Part shown: positions 46,360-56,343 of the stretch, piece after piece | Numbering within the stretch: position 1 is the first letter of the stretch | Layout of the letters: every line of letters starts with the position of its first letter | Assembly: GCA_037190965.1 (NCBI GenBank) | Contig: JBBCKI010000034.1 | Coordinates: 68,519 to 132,518, forward strand | Origin: Chthoniobacteraceae bacterium | GTDB lineage: Bacteria; Verrucomicrobiota; Verrucomicrobiia; Chthoniobacterales; Chthoniobacteraceae | Length of the DNA: 64,000 nt | Direction: 5' to 3' | The notes under the pieces: model-generated | Told to the model about the DNA's origin: nothing | Database searches by the model: none | Seen by the model: only the letters and a program-made list of their open reading frames with translations | Position numbers and translations under genes: made by a program

Positions 46360-49080
46360 TTATACTACCGCCGCGCAGCGATCACACAACTCCGGGTGAT
46401 CCGGGTTCACGCCGACCGACAATTTATGCCGCCAGCAACGGGCGCACTTTTTGTCGGAGGTCGGAACAAGCGACGCGACCGTTTCGGATCCCGCAGCCAG
46501 GGTGAGCTTGCTGACGATGAAAAATTCCTCCAATTCGGCCTCGTTCCCTTGCAGCTTTTTCAACAACTCGGGTTCGGCGATGCTCAGGGTGACGGCTGCT
46601 TCCAGCGCGTTGCCGATGAGCTTCTGCTTCCTTGCCGGTTCGATCGCCTGGGCGATGATCGCACGGAGCGAGAGCAGCGTCTCGAAATGCGCCTCCAACG
46701 CCGCGTCGGCGAGCGCCTCGTCGCGTTCAGGGAAAGTCTCCAGGTGAACGGATCCCGTCCGTCCTGCGAATTCCCATGCTTCGTCGGCGGTATAGGCCAG
46801 CACCGGGGCGAGGAGCCGGATCAGGGCGTCCGCGACGGTGTGCATGACAGTTTGCGTCGCGCGGCGGCGAACCGAGTCGGTGCCGTCGCAATACATCCTG
46901 TCCTTGGTGATGTCGACGTAGAGCGCGCTGAGATCGACCGCGCAGAACTGGTTGAGCGTCTGGAAGACCTTGCGGAACTCGTAGGCGTCGTACGCCTCGC
47001 GGCAGGTGCCGATCACCCCCTGAAAGCGTGAGAGCACCCAGCGGTCGATCAGCGTCAATGACTCGCCGGAGACGGCATCGCGCGCCGGGTCGAACCCGCT
47101 CAGGTTGGCCAGCAGGATTCGCAACGTGTTGCGGAAGAGACGGTAGGCCTCGCCGAGCCGGGTGAAAGCCTCTTCGGAGAAGGGGACTTCATCGGTGAAC
47201 TGCACGCTGGAGACCCAGAGGCGCACGATGTCCGCACCGTATTTGCCGACGAAATGCTCGGCATCCATCGGCTTCTGATAGCTGCTCGACTTGGAGATCT
47301 TCTTGCCGTCCTTGTCGACTACGAACCCATGCGTGATGACGGTTTTGTAGGGAGCCTCGCCGTAAAGCGCGACGGAGGTCATCAGCGACGACTGGAACCA
47401 GCCGCGATGCTGGTCGGTCGCCTCCAGATACACGTCGGCGGGGAAGCGGAGTTCCGGGTGCTTTTTGGAAACCGCCGTGTGCGAGACGCCGGAGTCGATC
47501 CAGACGTCGAGGGTGTCGTTGCGCCGGGTGGTCCCTTCGGGGAGTCCAACCGCCTGCGCCCACCATGCGTCGTCTTTCTCGAACCAGAGGTTCGTGCCGT
47601 GGGCTTCGACGAGATCGGCGACCTTGTGGGCGGCGCTTGCGTCGAGGATCGGTGTCCCCCCGGCACTGTAGAAGACCGGGAGCGGCACGCCCCAGGAACG
47701 CTGGCGCGAGATGCACCAGTCGGGCCGGGCCTCCACGGTGCCGTAGATCCGGTTGCGGCCCCAATGAGGGAGCCATTTTACCTTGTCGATCTCGGAAAGC
47801 GCCGACTCGCGGATCTTCCCGATGTTGATGAAAAACTGCTCCACCGCGCGGAAGACCACGGGCGTCTTGGAGCGCCAGCAGTGGGGGTAGGAGTGGGTGT
47901 AATCCTGTCGGCCGAGCAGCGCGCCGTTCTCCTGAAGGTGAGCGACCACGTCGGCGTTGGCGTCGAAGACATACTTGCCGGTCCAGACCGGAACGCCGAC
48001 CTCCTCGGTGAACCGTCCTTCGTCATCGACCGGCGAGAGGAGCGGCAGACCATATTTGACCCCTGCCATATAGTCATCCGAGCCGTGGCCGGGGGCAATG
48101 TGAACGCCGCCGGTGCCGCTCTCCAGGGTGACGAAATCGGCGAGAATGATCGGCGAGGTGCGGTCGAGAAACGGGTGTTGGGTCTGTGTCCCTTCGAGTT
48201 CCTGACCGGGAAATTCATGGGCCTCTCCGGCAACGGCTTCCCAACCGGTTGCTTCGCGGAACTGCGGGATCAACGCTTCGGCGAGCAACAGGAGTTCATG
48301 TTGCCCGGTCTCCGCATGGCGGAAAGTGCGCGCGACGTATTTGTGCCGGGGGTGAATGGCGATGGCGACGTTTGCCGGGAGCGTCCACGGGGTCGTCGTC
48401 CAGATGACCATCGAGCCCTTGCCCGCGAGCGGGCCGGAGGTGATGGCGAATTTGACGAAAATGGCGGGGTCAACGCGGTCGGCGTACTCCACCTCCGCTT
48501 CGGCCAGCGCCGTTTGTGCGCCGGTGCTCCAGTAGACCGGCTTCATGCTCTGGTAAACGAGCCCCTTTTCCACAAACGCGGCGAAGGAGCGGATGATCTC
48601 CGCCTCGTACTCCGGCGCGAGGGTGAGGTAAGGGTGCTCCCAGTCGCCCAGCACACCCAGGCGGCGGAACTGGCGGCGCTGGATGTCGATATACTTGCGG
48701 GCATAAGCCTCGGAGCGCTGGCGGATTTCCAGCGGCGTCAGGCCGCGCGATTCCTTGACTACCTTGAATTCGATTGGCAACCCATGGCAGTCCCAACCCG
48801 GGACAAAGGGTGAGCGGTAGCCCAGCATCGACTTCGATTTGACGATCAGATCCTTGAGGATCTTGTTGAGCGCCGTCCCCATGTGGACATCGCCGTTGGC
48901 AAAGGGCGGGCCGTCGTGGAGCACAAAGAGCGGGGCATCCTTGCGGGCCTCCTGAATCTGGCGGTAAAGCCCGGCCGCCTCCCATTTTTCCAGACGGGCA
49001 GGCTCGCGGGTAATCAGGTCCGCCTTCATGGGGAAGTCCGTCTTGGGAAGGTTCAGCGTCTCTTTGTAATTGGTGCTCAT
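46360..49080 (-). CDS. ileS: Isoleucine--tRNA ligase (type 1)
   Basis: LHDGPPFANG..HMGT, GWDCHGLP, WTTTPWTLP, DWCISRQR.WG, DQHRGWFQSS, KISKS, C-terminal CARCW..CDRC. Confidence 0.97.
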   Translation of the reverse strand: MSTNYKETLNLPKTDFPMKADLITREPARLEKWEAAGLYRQIQEARKDAPLFVLHDGPPFANGDVHMGTALNKILKDLIVKSKSMLGYRSPFVPGWDCHGLPIEFKVVKESRGLTPLEIRQRSEAYARKYIDIQRRQFRRLGVLGDWEHPYLTLAPEYEAEIIRSFAAFVEKGLVYQSMKPVYWSTGAQTALAEAEVEYADRVDPAIFVKFAITSGPLAGKGSMVIWTTTPWTLPANVAIAIHPRHKYVARTFRHAETGQHELLLLAEALIPQFREATGWEAVAGEAHEFPGQELEGTQTQHPFLDRTSPIILADFVTLESGTGGVHIAPGHGSDDYMAGVKYGLPLLSPVDDEGRFTEEVGVPVWTGKYVFDANADVVAHLQENGALLGRQDYTHSYPHCWRSKTPVVFRAVEQFFINIGKIRESALSEIDKVKWLPHWGRNRIYGTVEARPDWCISRQRSWGVPLPVFYSAGGTPILDASAAHKVADLVEAHGTNLWFEKDDAWWAQAVGLPEGTTRRNDTLDVWIDSGVSHTAVSKKHPELRFPADVYLEATDQHRGWFQSSLMTSVALYGEAPYKTVITHGFVVDKDGKKISKSSSYQKPMDAEHFVGKYGADIVRLWVSSVQFTDEVPFSEEAFTRLGEAYRLFRNTLRILLANLSGFDPARDAVSGESLTLIDRWVLSRFQGVIGTCREAYDAYEFRKVFQTLNQFCAVDLSALYVDITKDRMYCDGTDSVRRRATQTVMHTVADALIRLLAPVLAYTADEAWEFAGRTGSVHLETFPERDEALADAALEAHFETLLSLRAIIAQAIEPARKQKLIGNALEAAVTLSIAEPELLKKLQGNEAELEEFFIVSKLTLAAGSETVASLVPTSDKKCARCWRHKLSVGVNPDHPELCDRCAAVV

Positions 49081-49246
49081 TGTGCGGATTTCAGGCGATT
49101 ACGGGAAAGGGAGAACCTACCAGCGGGGGCGGGGGGTGGTCAACCATTGGCGCGGAGCCTGTTGGTTTCCACGATCGGGAAGTCCGGTGGGAAGGCGTCG
49201 AGCGACGGTTTCTCCGGGGAGGGGGGCTGCTTTGGCCCCTTGTTCA

Positions 49247-50434
49247 TCAGAGCAGAGGATTCAGACTATCTTTCGTTGAACGCTTCCACGATGAAGCCCA
49301 CCTGATGTAGAGGGAATTGAGACGTTTGCCGAGGGTGTTGCTGGGTTGCTCGATCAGGTGAAACGTGATGATCGACAGAATGTAGGTGATCGTGAAATTA
49401 ATCAGCAGGGCAATGAACCGGATTCCATTGAGGTTGCTTAAACCCCAGTTGTTCAATACGGCAATGATCACGGGGGTAAATGCTATCAATACGAGCATGT
49501 GCCAGAGATAAATGCTGTAGGAGATTTTTCCGGTGAAACGAAGGGCTTTCAACGAAAGAAACCGTTTCCATGATTCCACGTGGATTGCCCCAATCACGAT
49601 GCCTGCGGCGGTTCCTCCGGCGGCGAACCACTTGAGCGTCCCTGAGTAACCTGCAACGATGTGAGCACCAATGTATAAGCTGAGCAACAGGACGCCGCCC
49701 AAAATGGGCAGGCGTTTTGGCCAGCGTTTGAAGGCTGCCGCGATCTCTGCCTGATATTTTGAAATCAAAATTCCGTACGTGAAGTGAAGCAGGTAGAGTT
49801 CCACTTTGTACACACCGATGGCAATGAGGGTGAAAGCGATAAGCCAAGCAGTGCTTCGGGTTGCCAGAATGATCAGGAAGGGAATGATCAGGATGAACTT
49901 GGTGGTCACCCGCAGTGTCCAGTCCTGGGGGAGAAGATTCTCGTTGCCTGTGGCGCCTGACTTGAAAACGGCTTGTTTGACAATGTCGGCAGGCTTGTAG
50001 TTATCGAGCCAGAGGCTCTGTGCCCATTCTGACTGAGGAGGCTGTGTCTCAAGCTTCAGTGCATAGATAGGATGACAAGCCCAACTTATCAGGAGGATAA
50101 AAATAAACGTCGGCAGGATCCGCGAAATGCGCTGAATATAGAATGATACCAACGAAAATGGCTGATGGCCTTCCATGCCGTCGCTCATGCGATATTTGGC
50201 GGATAATACAAAGCCGCTCAGCACAAAAAACATGGAGAGGGAGGTGCTTCCATGTAGAAACCGGATGATCCAGGGGCTCGCATCAAACCCGAAAAGAGGG
50301 AAGGAGAGACCATAAGCTCCCACAAAGTGAGTCAGGAGAATGGAGACCGAGGCAAACGCACGAAGGCTGTCGAGAACGTCGATTCGTTGTCTTCCGGCTG
50401 GCTTGCCCTTGGTGTCGGACAAGGTACTCGCCAT
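49247..50434 (-). CDS. Acyltransferase 3 (OafA-like) membrane O-acyltransferase
   Basis: LDSLRAFA, FFVLSGF, R..RILP, WTL, GKISYSIYLWH, IEQP; visibly AT-richer than neighbours. Start may be 50488. Confidence 0.85.
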   Translation of the reverse strand: MASTLSDTKGKPAGRQRIDVLDSLRAFASVSILLTHFVGAYGLSFPLFGFDASPWIIRFLHGSTSLSMFFVLSGFVLSAKYRMSDGMEGHQPFSLVSFYIQRISRILPTFIFILLISWACHPIYALKLETQPPQSEWAQSLWLDNYKPADIVKQAVFKSGATGNENLLPQDWTLRVTTKFILIIPFLIILATRSTAWLIAFTLIAIGVYKVELYLLHFTYGILISKYQAEIAAAFKRWPKRLPILGGVLLLSLYIGAHIVAGYSGTLKWFAAGGTAAGIVIGAIHVESWKRFLSLKALRFTGKISYSIYLWHMLVLIAFTPVIIAVLNNWGLSNLNGIRFIALLINFTITYILSIITFHLIEQPSNTLGKRLNSLYIRWASSWKRSTKDSLNPLL

Positions 50435-50754
50435 CGCATTGGGGCTGAGTTCCGTCTGATTAAGGTTTGGCGTGAGAGAAGAAGGCATTTCGCGGCAAAG
50501 ATTCTGCGGAAAAGAACGGGGTTTTTTGGCAGGGAAAATTAAAAGCGCGAATTTGTCAACCGTTAGGGAACCGCGGATTAAAGCGAGCTATGCTGCAAGC
50601 TTGCTATTTTGGCGTCTTTCCAAAGTGCCTGCACTTTTGTTATGCTCCATTAAACAGCGATTCATAGGCCTGTCGGTGTCCTGTTGGCAGCGCATCGTGA
50701 TTCCATCGTTAAAATCTCTTTTGAAACCCGTTCGGAAACGTTATCGGTATTCTT

Positions 50755-52974
50755 GTGATGAAGGAAAAAAGCCTGCTTCTAAAACTCGGCAGCGCGGTGG
50801 TGAAGCTGTTTTATCGTGTGCATCTCTCCGGTCTGGATAATCTTCCCCAGGGCGGGTGCCTTCTTGCGCCGAACCATGTTACCTGGGTAGATGCCGTGTT
50901 ATTGCAGGCGGTCTGCCCGCGACCGATTCGCTTCCTGATTTACGAGCCGATCTATCGCACCCCTTGGCTGAACCCGATTTTCCGTCTCATGAAGGCGATT
51001 CCGGTAACGGCGAGGAGAGCCAGAGATTCCGTGAAGCAGGCTTCGGAACAGCTTCGTGCGGGGGAGGTGGTCTGTATTTTTCCGGAAGGGCAGCTTTCGC
51101 GCTCCGGTTCGCTTCTGAAGCTACGCCGTGGCTATGAGGTGATCGCCAGCGCGGGGGACGCGCCGGTCGTCCCTGTGTGGCTCGATCGGCTCTGGGGGTC
51201 GATTTTCTCCTTCGAGGGAAACAAGTATTTCAAAAAAATACCAAAGAGGATTCCGTATCCTGTTTCCATTTCCTTCGGCACGCCGCTGCCGCCCGACAGA
51301 GCCGGCACTCCCATTTTACGGGAGCGTCTGCTGGAGCTTGGGGAAATCGCTTTCCAGCAGCGGCCCTTTTTGCAGGGAAATCTCGCAATGGCCTGTTTGC
51401 GCGGATTGCGGCACCGGCAGTTCGACACTGTGGTGATCGACGGCATGGATGGCTCGGAAATGAGTCGGGGAACACTCCTCGCGGCGGGCATCGCCCTGTC
51501 GCGGTATTTGATCGCGCATTGCCCCAGGAAGCGGATCGGCGTGGTGCTTCCTCCGGGACGCGCGGCGGTGGTGGCAAACCTCGCGGTGGTGCTGGCCAAC
51601 AAAGTGCCGGTGAACCTCAACTTCACGGCGGGCCGGGCTTCGACGGAGGCGGCCATCCGCATTGGCGAACTGGACGATGTCATCACGGCGGGGCCCATGC
51701 TCAAGAAGCTCCCGGAGCTGCCGCTGCCCAAGAATGTCATCCGGATGGAAGAGGTGGTCCCGACGTTGAAGAAAAAGATCGTGTTCTGGCGCGCGCTCGT
51801 TTTCCTGAAACCGTGGTGGGTGCTGGCGCTTCTTCTGCGGACGCCGCGGAAGGGAGACCGCGAGGAGGCCGTGGTTCTATTCACCAGCGGTTCTTCGGGC
51901 GAACCGAAGGGAGTCGTGCTCAGCCATCGCAATCTTCTCGGCAACGTCTCCCAATTCGGCCAGATGCTCAATCTCAAGCGGAACGACGCGATTCTCGCTT
52001 CGCTTCCTTTTTTTCACTCCTTCGGCTGCACGGTGACGCTCTGGTTTCCGTTGATCGAGGGGATTCGCGTGGTGACGTATCCAAACCCGCTCGACGTGGA
52101 GAAGAACGCGGAGTTGATCGCCAAGCACAAGATCAGCCTCGTCCTCGCCACGCCAACCTTCCTGCGCGGTTACCTGCGCAAGGCGAAGAAGGAGCAACTC
52201 GCCTCCGTGGAACTGCTTGTGACCGGTGCGGAGAAACTGCCGCGCGATATCGCCACCGCGTTCGAGGAGAAATTCGGCGTTCCCGTGCAGGAAGGTTACG
52301 GACTGACGGAGACCGCCCCCGTCGCCAGCGTCAACCTCCCTGAGCCGCCGAAGCGGAGGCCTGACGATGAGGTGCAGCCGTCGTCGCGTCCGGGTTCCGT
52401 CGGCAAGCTGGCTCCCGGCTTGGCCGCGCAGATCCGCGACCCGGAGACCGGCGGCCCTCTCTCTCTGCTCGATACGGGGATGCTCTGGCTACGCGGTCCG
52501 AACATCTTCGAAGGTTATCTGTACGATCCGGCAAAGACGGCGGAGGTCATTCAGGACGGCTGGTTCAAAACCGGCGATCTCGCCCGATTCGACGAGGACG
52601 GATTCCTCTACATCGAAGGACGCATCTCGCGGTTCTCAAAAATCGGCGGCGAGATGGTGCCGCACGAGACGCTGGAGACAAAGATCTACGATGCCTTGGG
52701 AATGAATGGCGAACATGAGAGGGTGCTCTGCGTCGTCGGGATCCCCGACCCCGCCAAGGGCGAGGCGATCATCCTGTTGGCGACCCGCGAGATCGATCTT
52801 CAGGCTCTCAGGCAGAAGCTCCTTGCGGGAGGCGTTCCCGCGCTCTGGATTCCGAAGGTGGTGCGTCAGGTGCCCGCCATTCCGGTGCTGGGTAGCGGAA
52901 AACTCGACCTTCGCGGTTGCAAGGAGGCGGCAATGGCGGCAAGCGCCGTCGGGGCGACGACCCAGCCTGAGTGA
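50755..52974 (+). CDS. aas: Bifunctional acyltransferase / acyl-ACP synthetase (Aas-like)
   Basis: PlsC motifs NHVTWVD and IFPEG; AMP-binding FTSGSSGEPKGV, EGYGLTE, TGD, RFSKIGGEMV. Confidence 0.88.
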   Translation: MMKEKSLLLKLGSAVVKLFYRVHLSGLDNLPQGGCLLAPNHVTWVDAVLLQAVCPRPIRFLIYEPIYRTPWLNPIFRLMKAIPVTARRARDSVKQASEQLRAGEVVCIFPEGQLSRSGSLLKLRRGYEVIASAGDAPVVPVWLDRLWGSIFSFEGNKYFKKIPKRIPYPVSISFGTPLPPDRAGTPILRERLLELGEIAFQQRPFLQGNLAMACLRGLRHRQFDTVVIDGMDGSEMSRGTLLAAGIALSRYLIAHCPRKRIGVVLPPGRAAVVANLAVVLANKVPVNLNFTAGRASTEAAIRIGELDDVITAGPMLKKLPELPLPKNVIRMEEVVPTLKKKIVFWRALVFLKPWWVLALLLRTPRKGDREEAVVLFTSGSSGEPKGVVLSHRNLLGNVSQFGQMLNLKRNDAILASLPFFHSFGCTVTLWFPLIEGIRVVTYPNPLDVEKNAELIAKHKISLVLATPTFLRGYLRKAKKEQLASVELLVTGAEKLPRDIATAFEEKFGVPVQEGYGLTETAPVASVNLPEPPKRRPDDEVQPSSRPGSVGKLAPGLAAQIRDPETGGPLSLLDTGMLWLRGPNIFEGYLYDPAKTAEVIQDGWFKTGDLARFDEDGFLYIEGRISRFSKIGGEMVPHETLETKIYDALGMNGEHERVLCVVGIPDPAKGEAIILLATREIDLQALRQKLLAGGVPALWIPKVVRQVPAIPVLGSGKLDLRGCKEAAMAASAVGATTQPE

Positions 52975-53007
52975 TCTCTTCCCACGGCATCGTTCTTTCC
53001 TTTTTCT

Positions 53008-54141
53008 ATGACCGTTATTGAAACCACACAGAGCCTCGTTCAAATCCCGAGCGTGAACCCGGCGTACGATCCTGCAAGTCAGGGTGAAATCGGGATGAGC
53101 GAATGGCTGGTCGCCTGGGCCAAAGAGCACCAGTTCGAGGTTGAGACCTCCGAGGTCGCTCCGGGGCGGCAAAACGTGGTGATGCGGCTTCGCAATGGCG
53201 CTGATCATCCGCATCTGCTGCTCAACGGGCATACCGATACCGTGGCCATTGAGAAGATGACCGTACCCCCCTTCAGTGCGGAGTTGCGAGACGGGCGAAT
53301 CTGGGGGAGGGGTTCGGCCGATATGAAAGGCCCTGTGGCCTGTATGCTCCATACCTTGCTGCGTCTGCGCGAAAACACCGCCGCATGGAAAGGATGCGTG
53401 ACCCTGGCCTTGGTGGTGGATGAAGAGGTGGGCTTTACCGGGATTCGCCATTTTCTGAAAGCCGGCACGGACTATGACTATGCCGTCGTCGGAGAGCCGA
53501 CCCGATCCGAGGTGGTGAGAGGGTGCAAGGGGTGCCTTCGCTTCTCCATCCGCGCTCATGGTAAGGCGGCCCATAGCAGCACGCCGGAGAAAGGCGCCAG
53601 CGCCATCATCGCGATGGCTCACGCGACCGTTGCTCTGGAGCGCTTCTTCGCAGAAGAGTTGAGCGGCATCAGTCATCCGAGCCTGGGCAAAAGTACGGGG
53701 TCCATCGGGCTGATCCAGGGCGGGAGTGGCGTCAACATCGTGCCCGATTTTTGCGAAGTGAAGATCGACGTCCGGTTGGTGCCGGGGCAGTCATGGGAGG
53801 AGACCTTTGCGGCGATCCAGCGCGTTGTTACGGGAATCGAGCGCCCGGGAATTTGCTGGGAATTCGACCCGCAGCCGTTCTGGGATCTTCCTTTCTGCCT
53901 TGAAGCCGATCACGGACTGGTCCGGACCGCCTGCACGACATTGGACCGCGAGAATTCCCAGGTGGTCAATTTCTCCTGTGACGCCAGCAAGATCGCCACC
54001 GCAGGTATCCCGTGCATCATCTTCGGCCCGGGCGACATCGCCCAGGCGCACACCGCCGCCGAGTCGATCGCCATCGAAGACCTGGAGCGCGGCGTGAACG
54101 ACTATGTGCGGCTTGCCGAGCGGTTATTGAGGCCTGTGTAA
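53008..54141 (+). CDS. M20-family metallopeptidase/deacetylase (ArgE/DapE-like)
   Basis: NGHTDTV, GRGSADMKG, DEE, VGEPT, GKAAHSS, GPGDIAQAH. Confidence 0.9.
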   Translation: MTVIETTQSLVQIPSVNPAYDPASQGEIGMSEWLVAWAKEHQFEVETSEVAPGRQNVVMRLRNGADHPHLLLNGHTDTVAIEKMTVPPFSAELRDGRIWGRGSADMKGPVACMLHTLLRLRENTAAWKGCVTLALVVDEEVGFTGIRHFLKAGTDYDYAVVGEPTRSEVVRGCKGCLRFSIRAHGKAAHSSTPEKGASAIIAMAHATVALERFFAEELSGISHPSLGKSTGSIGLIQGGSGVNIVPDFCEVKIDVRLVPGQSWEETFAAIQRVVTGIERPGICWEFDPQPFWDLPFCLEADHGLVRTACTTLDRENSQVVNFSCDASKIATAGIPCIIFGPGDIAQAHTAAESIAIEDLERGVNDYVRLAERLLRPV

Positions 54142-54162
54142 ACAGTCCACCAGAAGCTAATC

Positions 54163-54314
54163 GGTGCGGTAGCACCGGTAGCTCGCTCTCGCCGAGAGCG
54201 CGGGTATCGGCTCCCGTGGCTTCATGACGGCCGCATCCAATACCAGGTCCTGCGGGGATGGGCATCAAGCGCGACTCTACATCGATCCCGCGCTCTCGGC
54301 GAGAGCGGGCTACC
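54163..54314 (+). repeat. REPIN-like element, family 1 copy 4
   Basis: Cap GGTGCGGTAGCACC, arm GGTAG-CTCGCTCTCGCCGAGAGCGCGGG ... CCCGCGCTCTCGGCGAGAGCGGG-CTACC; between convergent genes. Confidence 0.95.
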
Positions 54315-54355
54315 TTGCGCTCTTTCGTCATTTAGCGAGACCTTCGCTTCTTGGA

Positions 54356-55990
54356 TTATTCCAGCCCTCCCCGATCTTGCAAAAACTCCATCATTTCCAG
54401 GCGGCCAAACTTTCGGGCGATTCCAAGGGGAGTCAACCCAGCGCGGTTTCGCGCGTTGATTTGTGCGCCCGCTTTCAGGAGCGCCTCCGTATTGGCCCCC
54501 AGCGCTCCTTCTTTGGCCGCGATCATCAGCGGAGTCGTCCCATCTTTTTTCGCCACATCGATACGAGCTCCGCGTTTGATGAGTTCCTCGATGTATTTTC
54601 CGGCCACGTCGGCGTCTCCTCCGCCGAGAGCGGTTCCCCATGTGGCGAGATGGTGTAAAGGGTGGTAGCCGGTTCTCCCTTGCCAATTAATGTCCGCTCC
54701 TCGCTTTAACAAAAAATCAACAACATCAAACTTCCCGTAGGAGACGGCCCAGTCGATCGCCGTTCGGCCATTCTTGTCGGTTGCGTTGGGCAAGATTCCG
54801 CTATCCAATGCCTTCCCGATGCCTGCAAGGTCGCTCTGCTTGACCGCTTCCATCATGATCGCCACAGGGTCTGTTACAGGCTCTTTTTCGACCGGTGACA
54901 TCCCGAACGCCCGGAGCAGGCGTGCGGTAGGGGGGTGATCGGCGTAAGCCATCAATGACCCTTTTGGCGTCTCCGCAAACGGATCTGTCCCGTAAGAAAG
55001 AAGCCAAAGGACGCCGAAATCATTCCCCGAGGAGACAGCAACGATGAGGGGCGTTATCCCTTTTTCGGTCGCTGCTTTCGGATTTGCTCCCAGCAGGAGC
55101 AATAACCCGCTCATCCGTTGCCCCTCGATGCTCAGGAGCCGCATACTCGCCATCAAGGGGGTCTTGCCCGCCTTTGATGCGATATTGGGGTCGGCTCCTT
55201 CCAGGAGGAGCAGATTTGCAAGATCGGCCCGTCCGGCTTCGACGGCTCGAAGGAGCGCGGTTTGCCCCTTCTCGTCTTGTTCGTTGATATTCCAGCCCGA
55301 AGCGATCAATTCGTTGATCGCAGCCAGATCCGCCGAGGTAAGGGCATGGGAAGGTCTTCCCGGGCCTTTTCCTTTCATCAATCTCGGGGCAGTGGCACCC
55401 CCTCCGGCGTTCGCCCGGATGGCTGATTCAAGAAGGGAAACCATCTGCGAATCTCCCTTCGTACGGGCAATTTGGAGGGGGAGTTTTGCGGAAGGAACGC
55501 CAGTCGGGTTGGGGTGGGCTCCGCACCAGAGGAGAAATTCCGCCTTCCGGTAGTCGCCTCTTTCCGCAGCGATTGCCAGCGGTGTGGTGCCATCCTTTAT
55601 GCGTACGTTGAGATCCGCCTTGGAAGCGACGAGCATCTCAAGGATCATAAAATCCCCGTCCCCTTTATTATAAGGGTCCGAAGCTTCCAGGTTATCAAAT
55701 ATTGGCGTCCGCTCGCGCTGGTCCTTCACGTTCACGTCAACCCCTGCAAGGAGCAGCGAAAGCAGGCGTGCCTGATGGCTTCGGGCCGCGAGCCAGTGCA
55801 ACATCGTTCGGCCTTCGGCATCGCGCGTCTGATTGAGCGCATCCAGCGGCGTGTTCAGCAACGTCCGAACGAAATCCGGATCGAATGAGTTTGCCTTGGC
55901 CGCCGATTCGATCAGTCCGGGAGCGTCTGCCGCGACCGCATTTTTGGACAAAGGGAGCGGCGAAAGAAGAAGCAGGAAAAACAGAGGCAT
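54356..55990 (-). CDS. Secreted ankyrin-repeat protein
   Basis: Signal-like N-terminus; many G.T(P/A)L..A...G....V..LL..GAD.N repeats in three blocks. Confidence 0.88.
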   Translation of the reverse strand: MPLFFLLLLSPLPLSKNAVAADAPGLIESAAKANSFDPDFVRTLLNTPLDALNQTRDAEGRTMLHWLAARSHQARLLSLLLAGVDVNVKDQRERTPIFDNLEASDPYNKGDGDFMILEMLVASKADLNVRIKDGTTPLAIAAERGDYRKAEFLLWCGAHPNPTGVPSAKLPLQIARTKGDSQMVSLLESAIRANAGGGATAPRLMKGKGPGRPSHALTSADLAAINELIASGWNINEQDEKGQTALLRAVEAGRADLANLLLLEGADPNIASKAGKTPLMASMRLLSIEGQRMSGLLLLLGANPKAATEKGITPLIVAVSSGNDFGVLWLLSYGTDPFAETPKGSLMAYADHPPTARLLRAFGMSPVEKEPVTDPVAIMMEAVKQSDLAGIGKALDSGILPNATDKNGRTAIDWAVSYGKFDVVDFLLKRGADINWQGRTGYHPLHHLATWGTALGGGDADVAGKYIEELIKRGARIDVAKKDGTTPLMIAAKEGALGANTEALLKAGAQINARNRAGLTPLGIARKFGRLEMMEFLQDRGGLE

Positions 55991-56152
55991 CCTGCTACGG
56001 CAACCGACACATCCAGAGCGAAAGGTTTGATAAAGCATCACGGTACGATGGGGGCAACAGGGTTAACCCAGGGTGAAAACTTTGCAGGTTCCTGCGAAGG
56101 ATAGAATGATTCGCCCAATCGTTTCAATCCTTAAACCTGAAGCAAGCCAGGT

Positions 56153-56327
56153 GGTGCGGCAGCACCGGTAGCACGCTCGCGCCGCCGAGCGCCGGTATCG
56201 GCTCCCGTAGCTCCATGGGGGCCGCATCCAAATACCAGCAGCCCACCCTGTGGGGATGGGTGCCAAACGGAACTCTTCATCGATACCCGCGCTCGCGGCG
56301 CGAGCGGACTACCAGTGCTGCCGCACC
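56153..56327 (+). repeat. REPIN-like element, family 1 copy 5 (cap at both ends)
   Basis: GGTGCGGCAGCACCGGTAG ... CTACCAGTGCTGCCGCACC. Confidence 0.95.
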
Positions 56328-56343
56328 TTTGTAAGTCCATGGC

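Noticed and set aside
46360..49080. IleRS HMGT and KISKS variants of HIGH/KMSKS as a resistance allele
   Set aside because: Otherwise an ordinary type-1 ileS in the ileS-lspA operon. No evidence for altered function.
49170..49245. GGGAAGTCCGGTG resembling a cobalamin riboswitch start; possible T-box upstream of ileS
   Set aside because: Downstream B12-box motifs are absent and no T-box consensus is visible.
54017..56340. Small ORFs over repeat copies (54017-54331, 54012-54227, 56063-56266, 56131-56340; also 18220-19380 and 20063-20587)
   Set aside because: Their shared peptides are translations of the GC-rich palindromic repeat. No independent coding evidence.
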